DNA of 63,658 bases from Perkinsus olseni (taxonomy: Eukaryota): contig JABANN010000135.1 in the NCBI GenBank assembly GCA_013115125.1, positions 1-63,658 of the forward strand, read 5' to 3'. The notes beneath the pieces were generated by a model that saw only the letters and a program-made list of their open reading frames with translations, was not told the origin of the DNA and ran no database searches. This document shows positions 46,041 through 57,921 of the stretch, piece after piece. Made by a program: the position numbers and the translations under genes. The stretch's first letter is position 1. Every line of letters begins with the position of its first letter.

Positions 46041-49000
46041 ATGGACCACTCGGGCGATGGCAAGGTGCGGCAGCTGGGATCACCTCGGTCGAAAGGAGCC
46101 ACCTAATGATGTCGTTCATTCAGGATAGAGTTGAGGGCGCATCTAACCACGAAGAGCAGCCACACGCTGTTCGCGATGCATCTCCAAATGAATGGCTTGT
46201 TTGCACGGCAGCGTTTGCATTCGATTTGGAAGTCGGGCAGGCAGTGGAGTGCATGTAATACCCGGAGGGTTCCTATCCGGTTTGGCCTCCTGAGTCGACC
46301 TGTTGGTCCTTGGCACCATCACACAGCCACCTTGTTACGCATCCTAAGGATGTTACATTTTGCGATTAGACTCACCGAACGGCGGGTTCACCTGTATCAG
46401 GTATCCTGTCGGGGCGTTGTCGCCAAGGGACGCCAAGACATTGAGCTTTCTGGCCTTCCCGGACTCGAATTTAACGAGGGCCGACACTGAAGATATTTCA
46501 TGTAATGCGGCATACGAAATGGCCTTGCGAATGATAGCTTCGCAATAGTGAGTCACTATTAGTGACGCAGACTGGATGCCTGCGAGTGTTGTGCTCGCCA
46601 GACTCGAAGCGCGCATCAAGTTGGGCAGTCTTCTTCTTTAACTCTGAGCCGGCGTGAATCATAACAAACTGAAATCCTTGGGGACCTCATACGACCGATT
46701 CTGTGCCCTGTTCAGTCATCTTGAGGTATCGTCGTTGCTGTAGTCTGCACGGCCATAATCGACCGCCGGAACCAGTGGGATTGAGGCACATCGTATCCTG
46801 TTCAGGTCTCTATAGTTTCCGTTTCCGCTGTCAAGACCCAGTGATGTCTGATGACTTTTTCGAAGCTGGTTCCACCTCGGACAAATCCAGGTCTGTTTCT
46901 GAGTGCACACTACCGTACCCTATCGGAAGATTTAGGTATCTTTTTGCGACGTGCCTCTTCCGACAGCATCGAGATGAGGACAACCCCAGAGGCTTCTATC
47001 AGAAGACTATTGCTGTGATATCGAGGCATCCGTAGTACTGGGGGATGTGAGACCCGCTTTTGCCGGGCTATCATATATTCGGAGGGGGCTTACTGGGGTA
47101 GTATGATCTTGTCTCCGCTCAAGACTTAGTATCTCTCGGTGGCGGCTCCGATTCTGGCTCGTCATAAATCGGAGTACTGGGCGAGTGCTCATTGACGATG
47201 CTGTAGTGGGAACTCTCCTACACGATCGCCCGCGCGACCAGCCAGCGAGCCGTTGGGTCTCTCCGCGACTTCGTCGCTTTGTGCTCGAGAACGGACAGGA
47301 GCCTCCCTGCTAGTATCCGTCTCACTAGAGGAATGAGCCCGCGACTCGGAGCATCATTCTAGTCTTTCTATCCTGAATAATGTATGGCTGTTATCGGACA
47401 GGTTCACTGACCTGTGGTCCAGAGTTGTATCGGGCCCGATGATTGAGGCCTATGCAGCAGTGGAACAGTATGGTAGATGCTCACAGGTCTTGCAGCAGGT
47501 ATGGATGGATACCTGCAAATGGCCAAAACCTAAGCCGGCTAAGGTGAGTTCGACGTTGAAATATCAATTGGAGACGCGGTAGCAGTAGCGCACTGAGTGG
47601 GCCATCATGGAGGTCTTGCGAGGGCCGCCGCTCTCGACGGCTTACTCTTCTCAGAGGGTCAACCTGTCAATCTTGTCGACGCGAATATCCTATCTCGTCC
47701 CTATTGGGGGGTCGGTGACGAAGCCTTACAGGAAGGTCGTCGGTTCGAACCCCAACAGCTCCCCATTGGGGCCCTCCGCGATCTTGACCTCTCCTCGAAC
47801 ACCCGTGAGTGGAAGTAGAGAGCGTCCTAAGGAGAGAGTATGCGGAGTCGGGGACGTGAGCTTAGAGAAAACACTGACGTAATTAGATAGTATCTGAGCC
47901 ACGCTCGATCATTGAAATCCAAGGGTTTCGATTACGAATGTGCAGGTACTTGTACACCGATTCTGGGCAAATTGAAGGACCAGCGAGGAAACATGGCACC
48001 CTACGGGGACTCCTCTCGGCGACGAAACGGCCTCCTGGTAGTATTGGTGGGCGCGGTGTTTCGGCTCACACGAGTGGCTGTAGGTGAGAAATCGGCCGAT
48101 CCTCGAGCGTTGTCATTAACTTCAACCCTGCAAGGGCATCAAGTACCGTGGTTCTTGTATTCCGAGGTGCGTTATGCTATGTACCCGGAAATGCTGGAAT
48201 GCTGGGCTTGTTAGGTCTCCGTATCCAGGAACCTGTGGCCGCTCATGGGCTCGCTGTGGCATTTGTGGGAGATGGCAATAACGGGAGTAGGGCCCCGGTT
48301 CAATCCCTGCGCACGGCACTTTTATTGTCAGGTTCCTATGTTAGTGTACACGCCCAGGCGACTTCCCTCAGCCGCCAGCAATGCTGTCCTCGCAATTTTG
48401 TCATTAATTCAACCAGTCCAATATAAGGGTGACTACAGACCTTACTTTACCATTTATGATCCAGATTATGAGTGAGTCGGTTGCCGTCCCGATATACTTT
48501 AACGAGAAATATTTTTATCAATACCCGGTTGGGGACAGACGTTTTAGAGAGTAAATGACGTCCAAGTTGCAAGCCTAGGTGTCCCCACGCTGAGGTCTAC
48601 AGTGGGCGTAAGAGTCTTAGCCCACCGGGCTAACTACCGGAAATGCTTTTCGGGATCAGTAACTGAAGAAAGTCGTGAGAAACGCGGTCGTCTGTGAGGG
48701 AGGTCATGAACGATCATTCGAACGAAATGCTGCGGCCCATGCACAGATTCAAATATCAAACAGTATAGATTGGACAGTTGGAATGTCACATTTCCGAGGG
48801 CGGCGTTAGCGAAGAACACTCAGTCGAGTAACGTCGTTGTAGATACTACAAGACCGCCCCAGCCGGAGCACTACGGCCCTGCATACTCGGCATCACTTCT
48901 CCGATGGCATTCGCCCAGCTCTCGCAAAATTTCCCAGTGAGTTTCCTTTAACCATATTTTCACGTACGTATATTTTTCATCTGTACGTCAGGTAGTCGTA

Positions 49001-50350
49001 GTACTGGACAGCGCTGATGGTGATGAGAGTGATCAAAAGGGGGAAGCTCCGCCATTAGCAGATAAAGTCATCATACAGCAACAAGGCTGCTCTTATGTGA
49101 GTCGTCTTATAATGGATAGTAGGGGGAGCGTGGTGATGTCATGTTCGATAGGTTGCTATATCCCCCATACTATGTAGCTCGAGTAGTAACACTCGTACAT
49201 TAACAAGCAAGTTCATGGAGGTCACGGGAGCGGCAAGCGTGATGGCGGCGATGGATGGTACGGGCGGTAGCGGAGGAGGTCAGGGAGAGGACTATCGGAA
49301 AGACGTCGGGAGATGGAAACTTGTGAGTCACCCAGTCATATGGTCCTTCGAGAGCCTGGTTTCGAGGGGCTGGACGAAATCGTACTGCGCTGATATTCAC
49401 GGTGGATGTTGTTAGGACCTCCCGCCCAACGCATCGGTGTTGAAGCAGCTGCAGATTGTGAGCCCGAAGGACGGAGAAGAGCGCCGAGCTGCGGTCTTCG
49501 CGATCGATGATGCCATCCTCAACCAGCATTTCCAGACCCTTACTTGCTGCTTTCTAGCACCTTTTATTGATCCGTGAGTCCTTGCCTGCATCGCTCCGCC
49601 CATTTAGTCATCGAGACCCGCTGACAGGTACTTATCAGTCGAGAAGGCGAAGCGAAGCATCAAATCATCTCCCCTCTCGCCCACGCCATTACTGCCCCCT
49701 TTCGTAAGACATTACTTCTGAGTATTCGCTCCACCCACTATATGCTAGTCAACTGCAAGCATTTTGTAATTTTTCATCGGAGCTTGACGTTAAAACGTTC
49801 GAGGAAAATGGACCATCAAACGTCGAATGCACCTCCGGTGGTACCTCGGACTGTCTTGAGATCGAGGGAACCAAGCTTTAAACCTTTGCTCAGCAGTCTA
49901 CGAAGTCTAGTTGTGTACCTCTTCAGGACCTTCCAACACTCCTAGCGACTCTGAGTCTACCACCGGATTGCCCTGAGCCCCTCAACGGCCTCCGGCCGAT
50001 CAAACTAGAGGAACTCTACCGGAAGTTCGTAGTCGAGTCGCCAAACTTCGGTCCGTGGATCAGGAGTCAGCGGGAGAAAGCCTTCGAGAGAATTGTACGA
50101 TATCATGCAAAGGTGAGTGGATGAGCGAACATGGGTCTTGGAGGAGTGTCGGCTCAGAAAGCTCGATTTCCTGTTCGTATATCGCGGGTATCTCTGTTCG
50201 TATGGCTGTGCGTGACTGCAGCCCCGTCCACGAACAACCTACACGGATGAGGGCCCGACCGGGCACGCGAAGTGCCATAGGATGGCCTTCCCGAGGCACT
50301 TGTTACTGGTCTCGTTTTGATGTTGCGCCAAGGATACCACGATTGTTCTG
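46041..50350 (+). CDS. DENND6: DENND6/FAM116-family Rab GEF (multi-exon, 3' limit approximate)
   Basis: WLVCTAAFAFDLEVGQAVE, LSFLAFPDSN, LFRQHRDEDNPRGFYQKTIAVISRHP, LWHLWEMAITG, YKGDYRPYFTIYDPD, LYRKFVVESPNFGPW. Confidence 0.9.
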
Positions 50351-50933
50351 ATAGGTTCTCTGCGATGGAAAGGGGATGACTCAGTGCCTCGCCGCGAGCC
50401 TCCGTAATATAGCGGACTTTGACTCCGCCATAACGGTGGTTCGGCAAGTGCGGGACGACCCGTCAGTTCGACGGCTGAGTCGGCTCAGCAAGGCATCCTC
50501 AAGCGCAGTACAGACGCCTGTAGGAAGCAGCGGATCGTCGGACGAAACCCGCGAGGGGAAGTCGCCGCGGCAACAGAGCCTGCTGCAAGTACACGGGAGG
50601 GGGGCTTGGCGTGCAGAATTGATCATCTTCGAGGCGACTAGAGTTAACTGCAGGCCCGACTCGAGTTGTTCTGCTTCCCTGTTCATAGGTACGCCTGTCC
50701 GACACGATTCGGTTACTGAGTGCTTTGCGGAAGGATTTCATACAGTCTCATGTGCAAGTATTCTGATAACCACAGTTGAACCGTTACCTATACTACTTAC
50801 CCGTTAAGTTGATTGAGAAATCTATTTTTGTATGCAATCTTAAGCCTGCTATGTGTGTTTACAGCTACTGTGCAGTGTTGTTGGACCACCTCTTTCCGGG
50901 CGCAGCAGTCCATACCCCTCATTCCCTTATAGT

Positions 50934-51540
50934 ATGTCGAAAGAGATATGGCTTCCCAAGGCCGAGCTGGAGAAGAATCCTGAGTACATCGAGTGTCGTG
51001 AGTACGTCCATCAAGCTCTTCCATTGCCCTTCACTTTCTTCGTCGCTACAGGTATATGGCTAAGCATCGTATCCCTGAGGTCCTCAACGATCTCCTGGCC
51101 TCAGTAGCTTTCCGCAAGCCTGAGGGAGGCAGGGAAGGCGTGATGTCCTTCATGGCACAACAGCTCGACCGTCGAAGCAAAGAGGGTGCTGAAGCTGGTG
51201 GCCTGTTTGACATGAAGGAGATCGAGTCGGTCTTCCACATGGCTGATTTACTCAAGCAGGGCACCATCACTCGGGAACAGGTGCTCGATATTCGTATCTC
51301 GCCACTAGCGATGACGAACACGAGTCGCATTCAAGGGTCGCTCTTCGGACTGCACCCGCTCCCTCTCAGTGTCGGTCTGCGTTGAAGGCTCTCGCCTGCT
51401 CGGCCCGGCAAGAGGAGCTCATTGATGGTACGCTCACACCAGGGGATGAGTCAGAGGGACTGGAGATACCACTGAAGGTTGATTTACCCACATTTCTAGA
51501 TTTGGCAAGGAATGCCCTCAGTCTACGGGTAAGACAATAA
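50934..51540 (+). CDS. EFCAB10-like protein (RIIa/Dpy-30-like helix plus EF-hand)
   Basis: YMAKHRIPEVLNDLLASVAFRKPE...LFDMKEIESVFHMADLLKQGTITREQ. Confidence 0.75.
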
Positions 51541-51749
51541 CCTTTTTCTTGTGGCTGCGGTTCAGGGCTCGTACGGCCCGTGCTGAGCTCAGGCAGAAGA
51601 GATCGCTGTGTCCGGTTAAGTGCTACTGTAATATGGTGCTGCCTGCCGATCTCACATGATAGTGGTGATGATGTCGTGCCGTGATCCTGTGATCCCTAGG
51701 GAGATTGATCTGTGTTACATGAGGACCACTGGTCCCTTCTCCGCCATGG

Positions 51750-53450
51750 CACCGATGCAATGGCGAGCAGATCGCTCTGAAATTGTGAATGGCATTATCC
51801 GTGCAGACGGGTATGCAACTGCAATGGCGTCAACTTCTGTGTCCTTGACAGTTTGACTGAAGCAATGGACTCCCCCTCGCAGCCCCCCGAATCACCCCAG
51901 TTCGTCCAGACATTGGACCCAGCCGCAGGGAGGTAGCGTCCGATTCTGTCCTTCTAGGATCAATAGCAAAGCTGCTGTTTAGGTCCCCGGGCCATCGCTC
52001 GCTGAACTCTTCAGTAAAAAGGCACAGTGCCGAAGCAACAGACGATGAATCGAAGACACACGAGGTGAGCAACTGACAGTTTGGGGTGGCATGGGAGCTC
52101 GAGACCTGTACAGGGTGTATGCTCGGAGCTTCCTCCTGACGATAGACTTTTGTGCCATCGTGGCCATGGCTGAAATAGTTGTCATAAAGTTGATTGTTAG
52201 GAACTTGAGCGCGGCTCGAAGTATGTTAGGGTGGAGGAAGCTATGGCGTCGCTCAGTACACTGACGAGGAGTAAACAATTTTACGGGAGAGGAGCGGAGC
52301 GGAGTGGCCCATCTTTCAGGAGATTTCATCGAGTTACGCAACCTTCCCTCACCACCAGAGGGTGTATTGTCAGTGGCTCGTGGCCTTTGCCTGGCACTCG
52401 GAGTGAAGCCGAAAAGGAGAAGCACCACGGATGGCATCGTAGGGAGCTCTGAAGGTGCGTCTAGCGTCCCCGTACCTTCCATATTCTGGTGAATATGTTC
52501 GGTGGCACCCACAGCTGCTCTACGATCAAAGTCATTGCTCGCTCCTTCGTACTCGTGATGCCTGCCTCGTCATGGCCGCGCCTCAGCACCCCAAGACTAC
52601 TGGAAGGCGGCACGGGAGCACATATTCCCTTCGAGCAGTGCCATAAGCCTTCTCCAGAGATTGGTATTCTTCGATAAGGATAGAGTGCCAGAGAGAACTA
52701 TACGTTCCTTGGCAGCATTGGTGGATACGAAAGGTTTCCGGACCGAGGTCAGTAGCCCCTCGTTCGTAAGGCAGTACACTGATCTATCTGATTCGTTCGC
52801 AGATGATGTCCAGCGGTTTTGTCGCGAGTAAGGCCCTGGCTCGCTGGCTCAGCCACTTAGTCGGTTATCGCCTCTCTAAGGAGGGTCAGCAGTCGCAGGA
52901 GAACAAGGTGAGAGGCGTGGAGGGAGAGGCTCCGATCATCGGAGTCGGATCTGCTGATGGTCAATGACGACGTCCCTTAGGTGCCATCGAGCCCTTCGGC
53001 GTCATCACGTGGACGGAGGAAGAGCAAACCCGGCACCGAGAAGCTTCAGCGTGAGAATGGAAGCACGGTGGAAGGGATCAAGGCCGCGCTACTAACTTCT
53101 CTTTCAGCCCCTTCTGTCCGGATAACTAGTACAGTGCTGGGGCCAGCAGGGGAACGGAGAACCCCTTCACGTGGTAGCAGCCTTGGTGGCGCTCCTGGGT
53201 CGACTTCGAAGGCATCCAACAATACTCCTAACAGTGAGTCGCGTTTCCATCTCTATGGCATTCACACCCACTGAATTGTCTATCCGGCAGCTCTTCCTTT
53301 TTCCAGAACCCACATCGCGCTCGAGGCAGCCGTCTCCACCGACCAGTAGCCGCAGGCCCGTGGCATCTAGTAGAGCAAGCGATAAGAAGGAGCAAACATA
53401 TGAGAGGACGCCAGGGTGGGGCTGAACGCGAGGAGATATCACATGGTCAT
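51750..53450 (+). CDS. Small protein containing a dynein stalk/microtubule-binding-domain-like module (limits approximate)
   Basis: EEAMASLSTLTR|DFIELRNLPSPPEGVLSVARGLCLALGVKPK...DYWKAARE...VPERTIRSL follows the dynein MTBD pattern. No AAA modules nearby. Confidence 0.6.
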
Positions 53451-53639
53451 ATGGTGCTTCAGATCATTCCTTCTCACGGGGGTGATGCCATTCTCTGCCC
53501 GTATGCAAAAACAATTGAGGGCTTCATCGAACCCAGCTACCATAACTAAACCCGGTACTACTATCAATCTATTTCCCATGGTTTCCCCTATCCTCTCATA
53601 CTCTCGCCGCATTGCGAACCTTGCCAGATTCGACAGGAG

Positions 53640-55100
53640 CTTCAGTCGCTGGCCAGGAAGTGGACAGAGTCGCCGAGAAGAGTGAGTTGGTATCGCTTTG
53701 GGCCAGCTTGGTTTGGTGGCTTCTCGATCGATCTGGCGTTGGGCTGTGTATCAGTAGTTGCCCTGTGCTATAACTAATCACTCTTAGGCACCGGCTCAAG
53801 AGCCTCGAACACGCGCTCTATTCCTTCTTTGAGGAGTACCGAGACTGCATCGAGAAAAGAGACTCCGGGTAGGTCCGTAGAGAGTGAGACCGGAGCGTTG
53901 TAACGGTGCGCTCGGGCTAACCTAGCGAAATCTGCGCCCGGGGCTGCCATGTCCATCTGGGCCATTTCGCGCTCGTCGAATGAGAGTGGTAGGTCAGCTC
54001 ATAGCGGACGCATTGAAGCCGTGGCCTCCTCATAGGTGATGAGGTCATCAACTGCGTGTCTTAGGGTCTTCCGTGGAGCTGTCGGCCAGGGGCCAGGCTC
54101 GTGATAAAGAGGAGGATAGCTGGCGGAAGACTTTGGACGAAGCCAGTAAGCTTCATACTGCCTGAACGATTTCACTACTCCATAGTGCTGATATCGCCTA
54201 TGTGTAACGCCGAAGGAGCACGCTATGTATTTCGGACCTGTGGATCGGGCATCGGCGTGAATGAGTAGTTCGCCAATGGGTTTTTGCAGGGCGGGAGATT
54301 CGAGAGTTGAAGGCACTAGAGAGCCGCATATTGTGGAACATGCGGAGAGAGGAGAGGGTGAGGATTTTATCGTTCTGTTGCCTTTCTTATGGCCGCTCCT
54401 GTTGTTGGTACCCTCATGATCATCCTCAGCTGACCAAAAAGAAGATTGAAAGTGAAGCCCAGAAGGACATCACCGAGTGGAGGCGAAAACATGAGGCGAG
54501 TCTGCGTGAGGGCATCGAAGAATACAGGAAGTCAGTTCAACAGCGTGAGCTAAAAGTAGACGGCGGCGCGTTGGAGAAGCTGCGAAGCGACAGCTCTCAG
54601 GAAAACCTCGAGTCTGTCCAGTTCAAGCGAGAAAGGAAGCTTCGGGCCAAGCAGGCAGAGTTGCAGCAGGTAGCCGAGAATTATGATGCTCAACGCGAGA
54701 AGTCTATCCAGTGGGAAAGCCTCGAGAAGGAGCGCGTACTGGGTGCCCGCTCATCTGTAGCTCCCTCACTGACATCAATTTAGCTAATGGCTGAGGTAGC
54801 CTTCAAGACTGACCAGCGACAAGATCGCGCGGAGACTCGGCAGCTCGAGAAAGTGAAAAAGATGGAGGCAGCCATGGAAGAGCGGAGCGAAAGGTGATCA
54901 GTGAGACCCTAGCTAACTGAGAATATGGACCGCGGAATGCATCGTGGAATATATGCAGTATTCCTGTTACTGGTCTTGCAAGACTTATTGGATAGTCATG
55001 TGATTCAGGTCGTGGGACAGAGCGACAGCGATGGAGTTTGAGAAGAGACAGCTACTAGCGGAGAAGAATCGTCGTTTGAAGGTCTTGCTGGGGTTGGGGT
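53640..55100 (+). CDS. Hypothetical charged coiled-coil protein (multi-exon, limits approximate)
   Basis: REIRELKALESRILWNMRREER, KKKIESEAQKDITEWRRK, RKLRAKQAELQQVAE, with short introns. Confidence 0.6.
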
Positions 55101-55720
55101 TGTAGTGCATTCAAGTCGCGGCGGCCTGCTGGATCTCTTCCTGCGAGAGTAGTGCGTTCATGGCATCATAGCGAAGTTCCAGCATGGAACATGTGTATAA
55201 AGGTGTTTTCCGATGCCGGGACTCGAGCCCGGGTCGTCTGGGTGAAAGCCAGATATCCTAACCAGCTAGACTACATCGGAGTTGTTAGGAGTATAGAGGC
55301 CGTACTCGGCCTGCTTGTTCAGGAGCTCCAACTGACGGCGTCTCTGTGTGGAACAGTAACTAGCTGAACCATCGTGGGAAGCAGGGAATCGAGACTCTAC
55401 CATAATTCCCGAAGGGAATCATGTGATTCTATTACCATTACCGTCCACTGCCGCATGGCTCGTGTTGAGGACTTCAGTGATCACAGAAGCAGCTGACATT
55501 GTTGCGTTATGACTGAGTCTTTGCGAGTACTCGGACTCTGGAGATACAGTTCCTCGCGACGTGGCCGACGTCACGTAGAGCTTAATATTTGCTCGTTGTA
55601 CGACCTTAACCGGGGGGGGGGTCGGCATTGTCGATGATTGTGGTGCATGACGCCGTCTTGAGGATCCTTCGCTTTCCGGCAGACTTCCGAGCCTCCGATA
55701 GTCCACCCCCCTACCTTGCT

Positions 55721-57778
55721 ATGTCGTCACCGAGCTCACCCGCTGGCGGCAGCCCCGTGAAGCAGCGGAGGAGGTTGCGAAAGTTTGGGGAGTCGGGCGA
55801 TTCCCCTGCCGCTAGCGTAGAGGTGTCCGTGAAGAAAGAGCGTCCAGGTGAAGACCAGAGATCCCGACATCGACCAGTGAGGCCTACTCTATGCCATGGA
55901 ACTTTCGAAGCAAAGCTTTGATTGTTCAGGTTAAGGTGCGACCAATACTTCCTGTGGAGAGACTGGCCTCTTTCAAAAAAGAAGCCGCGCGTTCTGTATT
56001 TGGTGCAAATGAGTAATCAGTTCGTTGAGCTGCGGAATCGCCTTCGCGGCAGTTTACGTAGCCTACGTTAATCTCGTCATGGGTTGTTAGTCATTGGGAA
56101 CGGCAGCTCGGCTGCGTTCTTGGCTAGAACGACATGCCTTACGGGCTCATTATTGACAGGTCGCCATTTCGCCCTAAGTCCTCGTCATTATCTGCAGCCA
56201 AGTTCGTACCAAAGAGGCCTGATGCGCGAACGGTCGGTAGCGGGGAACCCACCTTGGCGAAGGCTATAGGGAAGATAGCCCGAGAGATGAATGCCTCGAG
56301 TGAGGAGGAGCCGATGCCGAGCAGCGTCAAAGTGATACTAATGAACGCGATGAAGGAGTCGGCAAGCAAGAAGAGAAGAGAGAAGATGAAGGGGAGTTCA
56401 CGTGAGAAGCATGGTTCTTCAAATCCGGAATTCTCAGTTCCGGAATTGAAACGAGAACTCTTCCATTCTATGCCTGGTATCTCAGGGGCTGCTGTAATAT
56501 CAACCGCAGCTCATTCTGGGTCCAGCTCGCGTCCGATCCATCAGCTCCTTGGTGGAGGGTTGAAAGCAGCAGATGAGATCGTAAGTTGCAGGATAGTCTT
56601 GAGTAGTCAAGATCCCTATTGCTCAGTCCAAAACAGAGCATCGCAAGGAAGGCCAACCTCTCACAGAAAGACCGCTCGATGACGTTGCTTTCGGCGCTAT
56701 CGAGGACGGCATACAGGAGTGGGTTCTCAGCTGCCGATTCTTGTGCTTGAGGGCGGGAGCAACGCTGTGCCCCATCATCGCTACGGATAAGCGATACCAT
56801 TGTTTCTTAGGTACCCTCCTCTGTCGGTACCCTACTATTCGACTCGACGTATCCATCACGATATCTTGCGAGCCACTGGTTACACAGAAACTTCACTCCT
56901 CGATACTCTCAAGATGGAAGGGAAGAGGCCCGTGCTAGTGGAAATGGCCGGGGCTACTGTTGAACAAGAGTAAAAATGCTCTTAGTGACGTCAAGCATTG
57001 CAAGCGCTGTTGCTGCTGGATTCAGGTCCAGCGGAGTTTCTCAGCTCTTCGTAGAGGACAACGCAGCCGACAGTGAGAAAGAGAGCTCTCTGAGACAAGA
57101 TCAGTTCTTCCTGGTGAGAACGTCCCTTGTTTAGCCTTGTCGGGAACCCCATAGTTAGGTGCAACTGCCAAACACATTCCCTCGAGTCTTAGCAGACAAA
57201 GAGGACGACGAGGGCAAACAGACTGCAAAAGGTATGTTCCTCAAGCGAAGTATCTCAACCTTGAGTATACGTAAAATTACTGGAACCGAGAATCGAACTC
57301 GGGACCTACTGCGTGTTAGGCAGTCGTCATAACCAACTAGACCATTCCAGCTGTGTTAGCAGCTCTTATGAGAGCGAGTAGTGAATCCTTTGCGTGGATT
57401 ACATTGTTATCGGCATTCGTACGAGTGGTTTCTCAGCTACGCAACCACTAGCACCAGAGCAGGATGTAGCAAGCTTTTACGACGTACCCGACGGGAAGCT
57501 CGGGACTCTGCGCGTCCACAAGAGCGGGCGGGTCACCCTCGTTATCGGGGATATTGAGTAAGCGCGAAACTTACTACTCTGAGCAACGGAATGGAGGGTA
57601 GATACTCATGCGCGTTGGGGCAGAAGCCGAAATTTGCACAGGAAGTTGCGTGCGTATTGCCCACACAAGGCGAAGTTGTGTTCCTGGGAGAGATAGAGAA
57701 CAAATTGGTGAGTGGATGAAGCCTGGCGTGGCGGCTCGTGAAAGCTTCTTCTCCCAGATCGTGTCGCCCAAGATCTGA
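55721..57778 (+). CDS. RPC4: RNA polymerase III subunit RPC4 (C53/POLR3D) (multi-exon)
   Basis: Disordered N-terminus with KFVPK, then VQLPNTFP...DVPDGKLGTLRVHKSGRVTLVIGDI...GQKPKFAQEVACV...VFLGEIENKL|IVSPKI*, the Rpc4 C-terminal domain pattern. Confidence 0.9.
57278..57351 (-). tRNA. tRNA-Val(AAC), inside an RPC4 intron, antisense
   Basis: GCTGGAA TGGTCTAGTTGGTTATGACG ACTGC-CTAACAC-GCAGT AGGTC CCGAG-TTCGATT-CTCGG TTCCAGTA, followed by ATTTT. Confidence 0.96.
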
Positions 57779-57921
57779 GCCTGCCGCTGAGGGCAGCAGT
57801 ACATTATAGAATCGTACAGTATCAGCACGGGGCGGTTTTACGCTCATGTAGAGTAAGTCAACCCCCAGCTGGCAGCCATGAACATGTCCTGTTTATTTTC
57901 AGGTAGTGCATAGGCGGCGTT

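Noticed and set aside
47610-47792. GGTTCGAACC T-loop-like motif with complementary ends (GAGGTC...GACCTC)
   Set aside because: No cloverleaf. It lies in an open, splice-site-flanked segment of DENND6, and such pairing is plausible by chance in GC-rich coding DNA.
48142-48325. Apparent Pol III ncRNA (GGTTCAATCC B-box-like motif, paired ends, TTTT)
   Set aside because: The region parses as conserved DENND6 exons (LWHLWEMAITG). The B-box-like motif and T-run lie in an ordinary ~45-nt intron and its pyrimidine tract.
53774-54316. Minus-strand ORFs of 63 and 105 aa
   Set aside because: The plus strand has a coherent spliced coiled-coil reading across the same interval.
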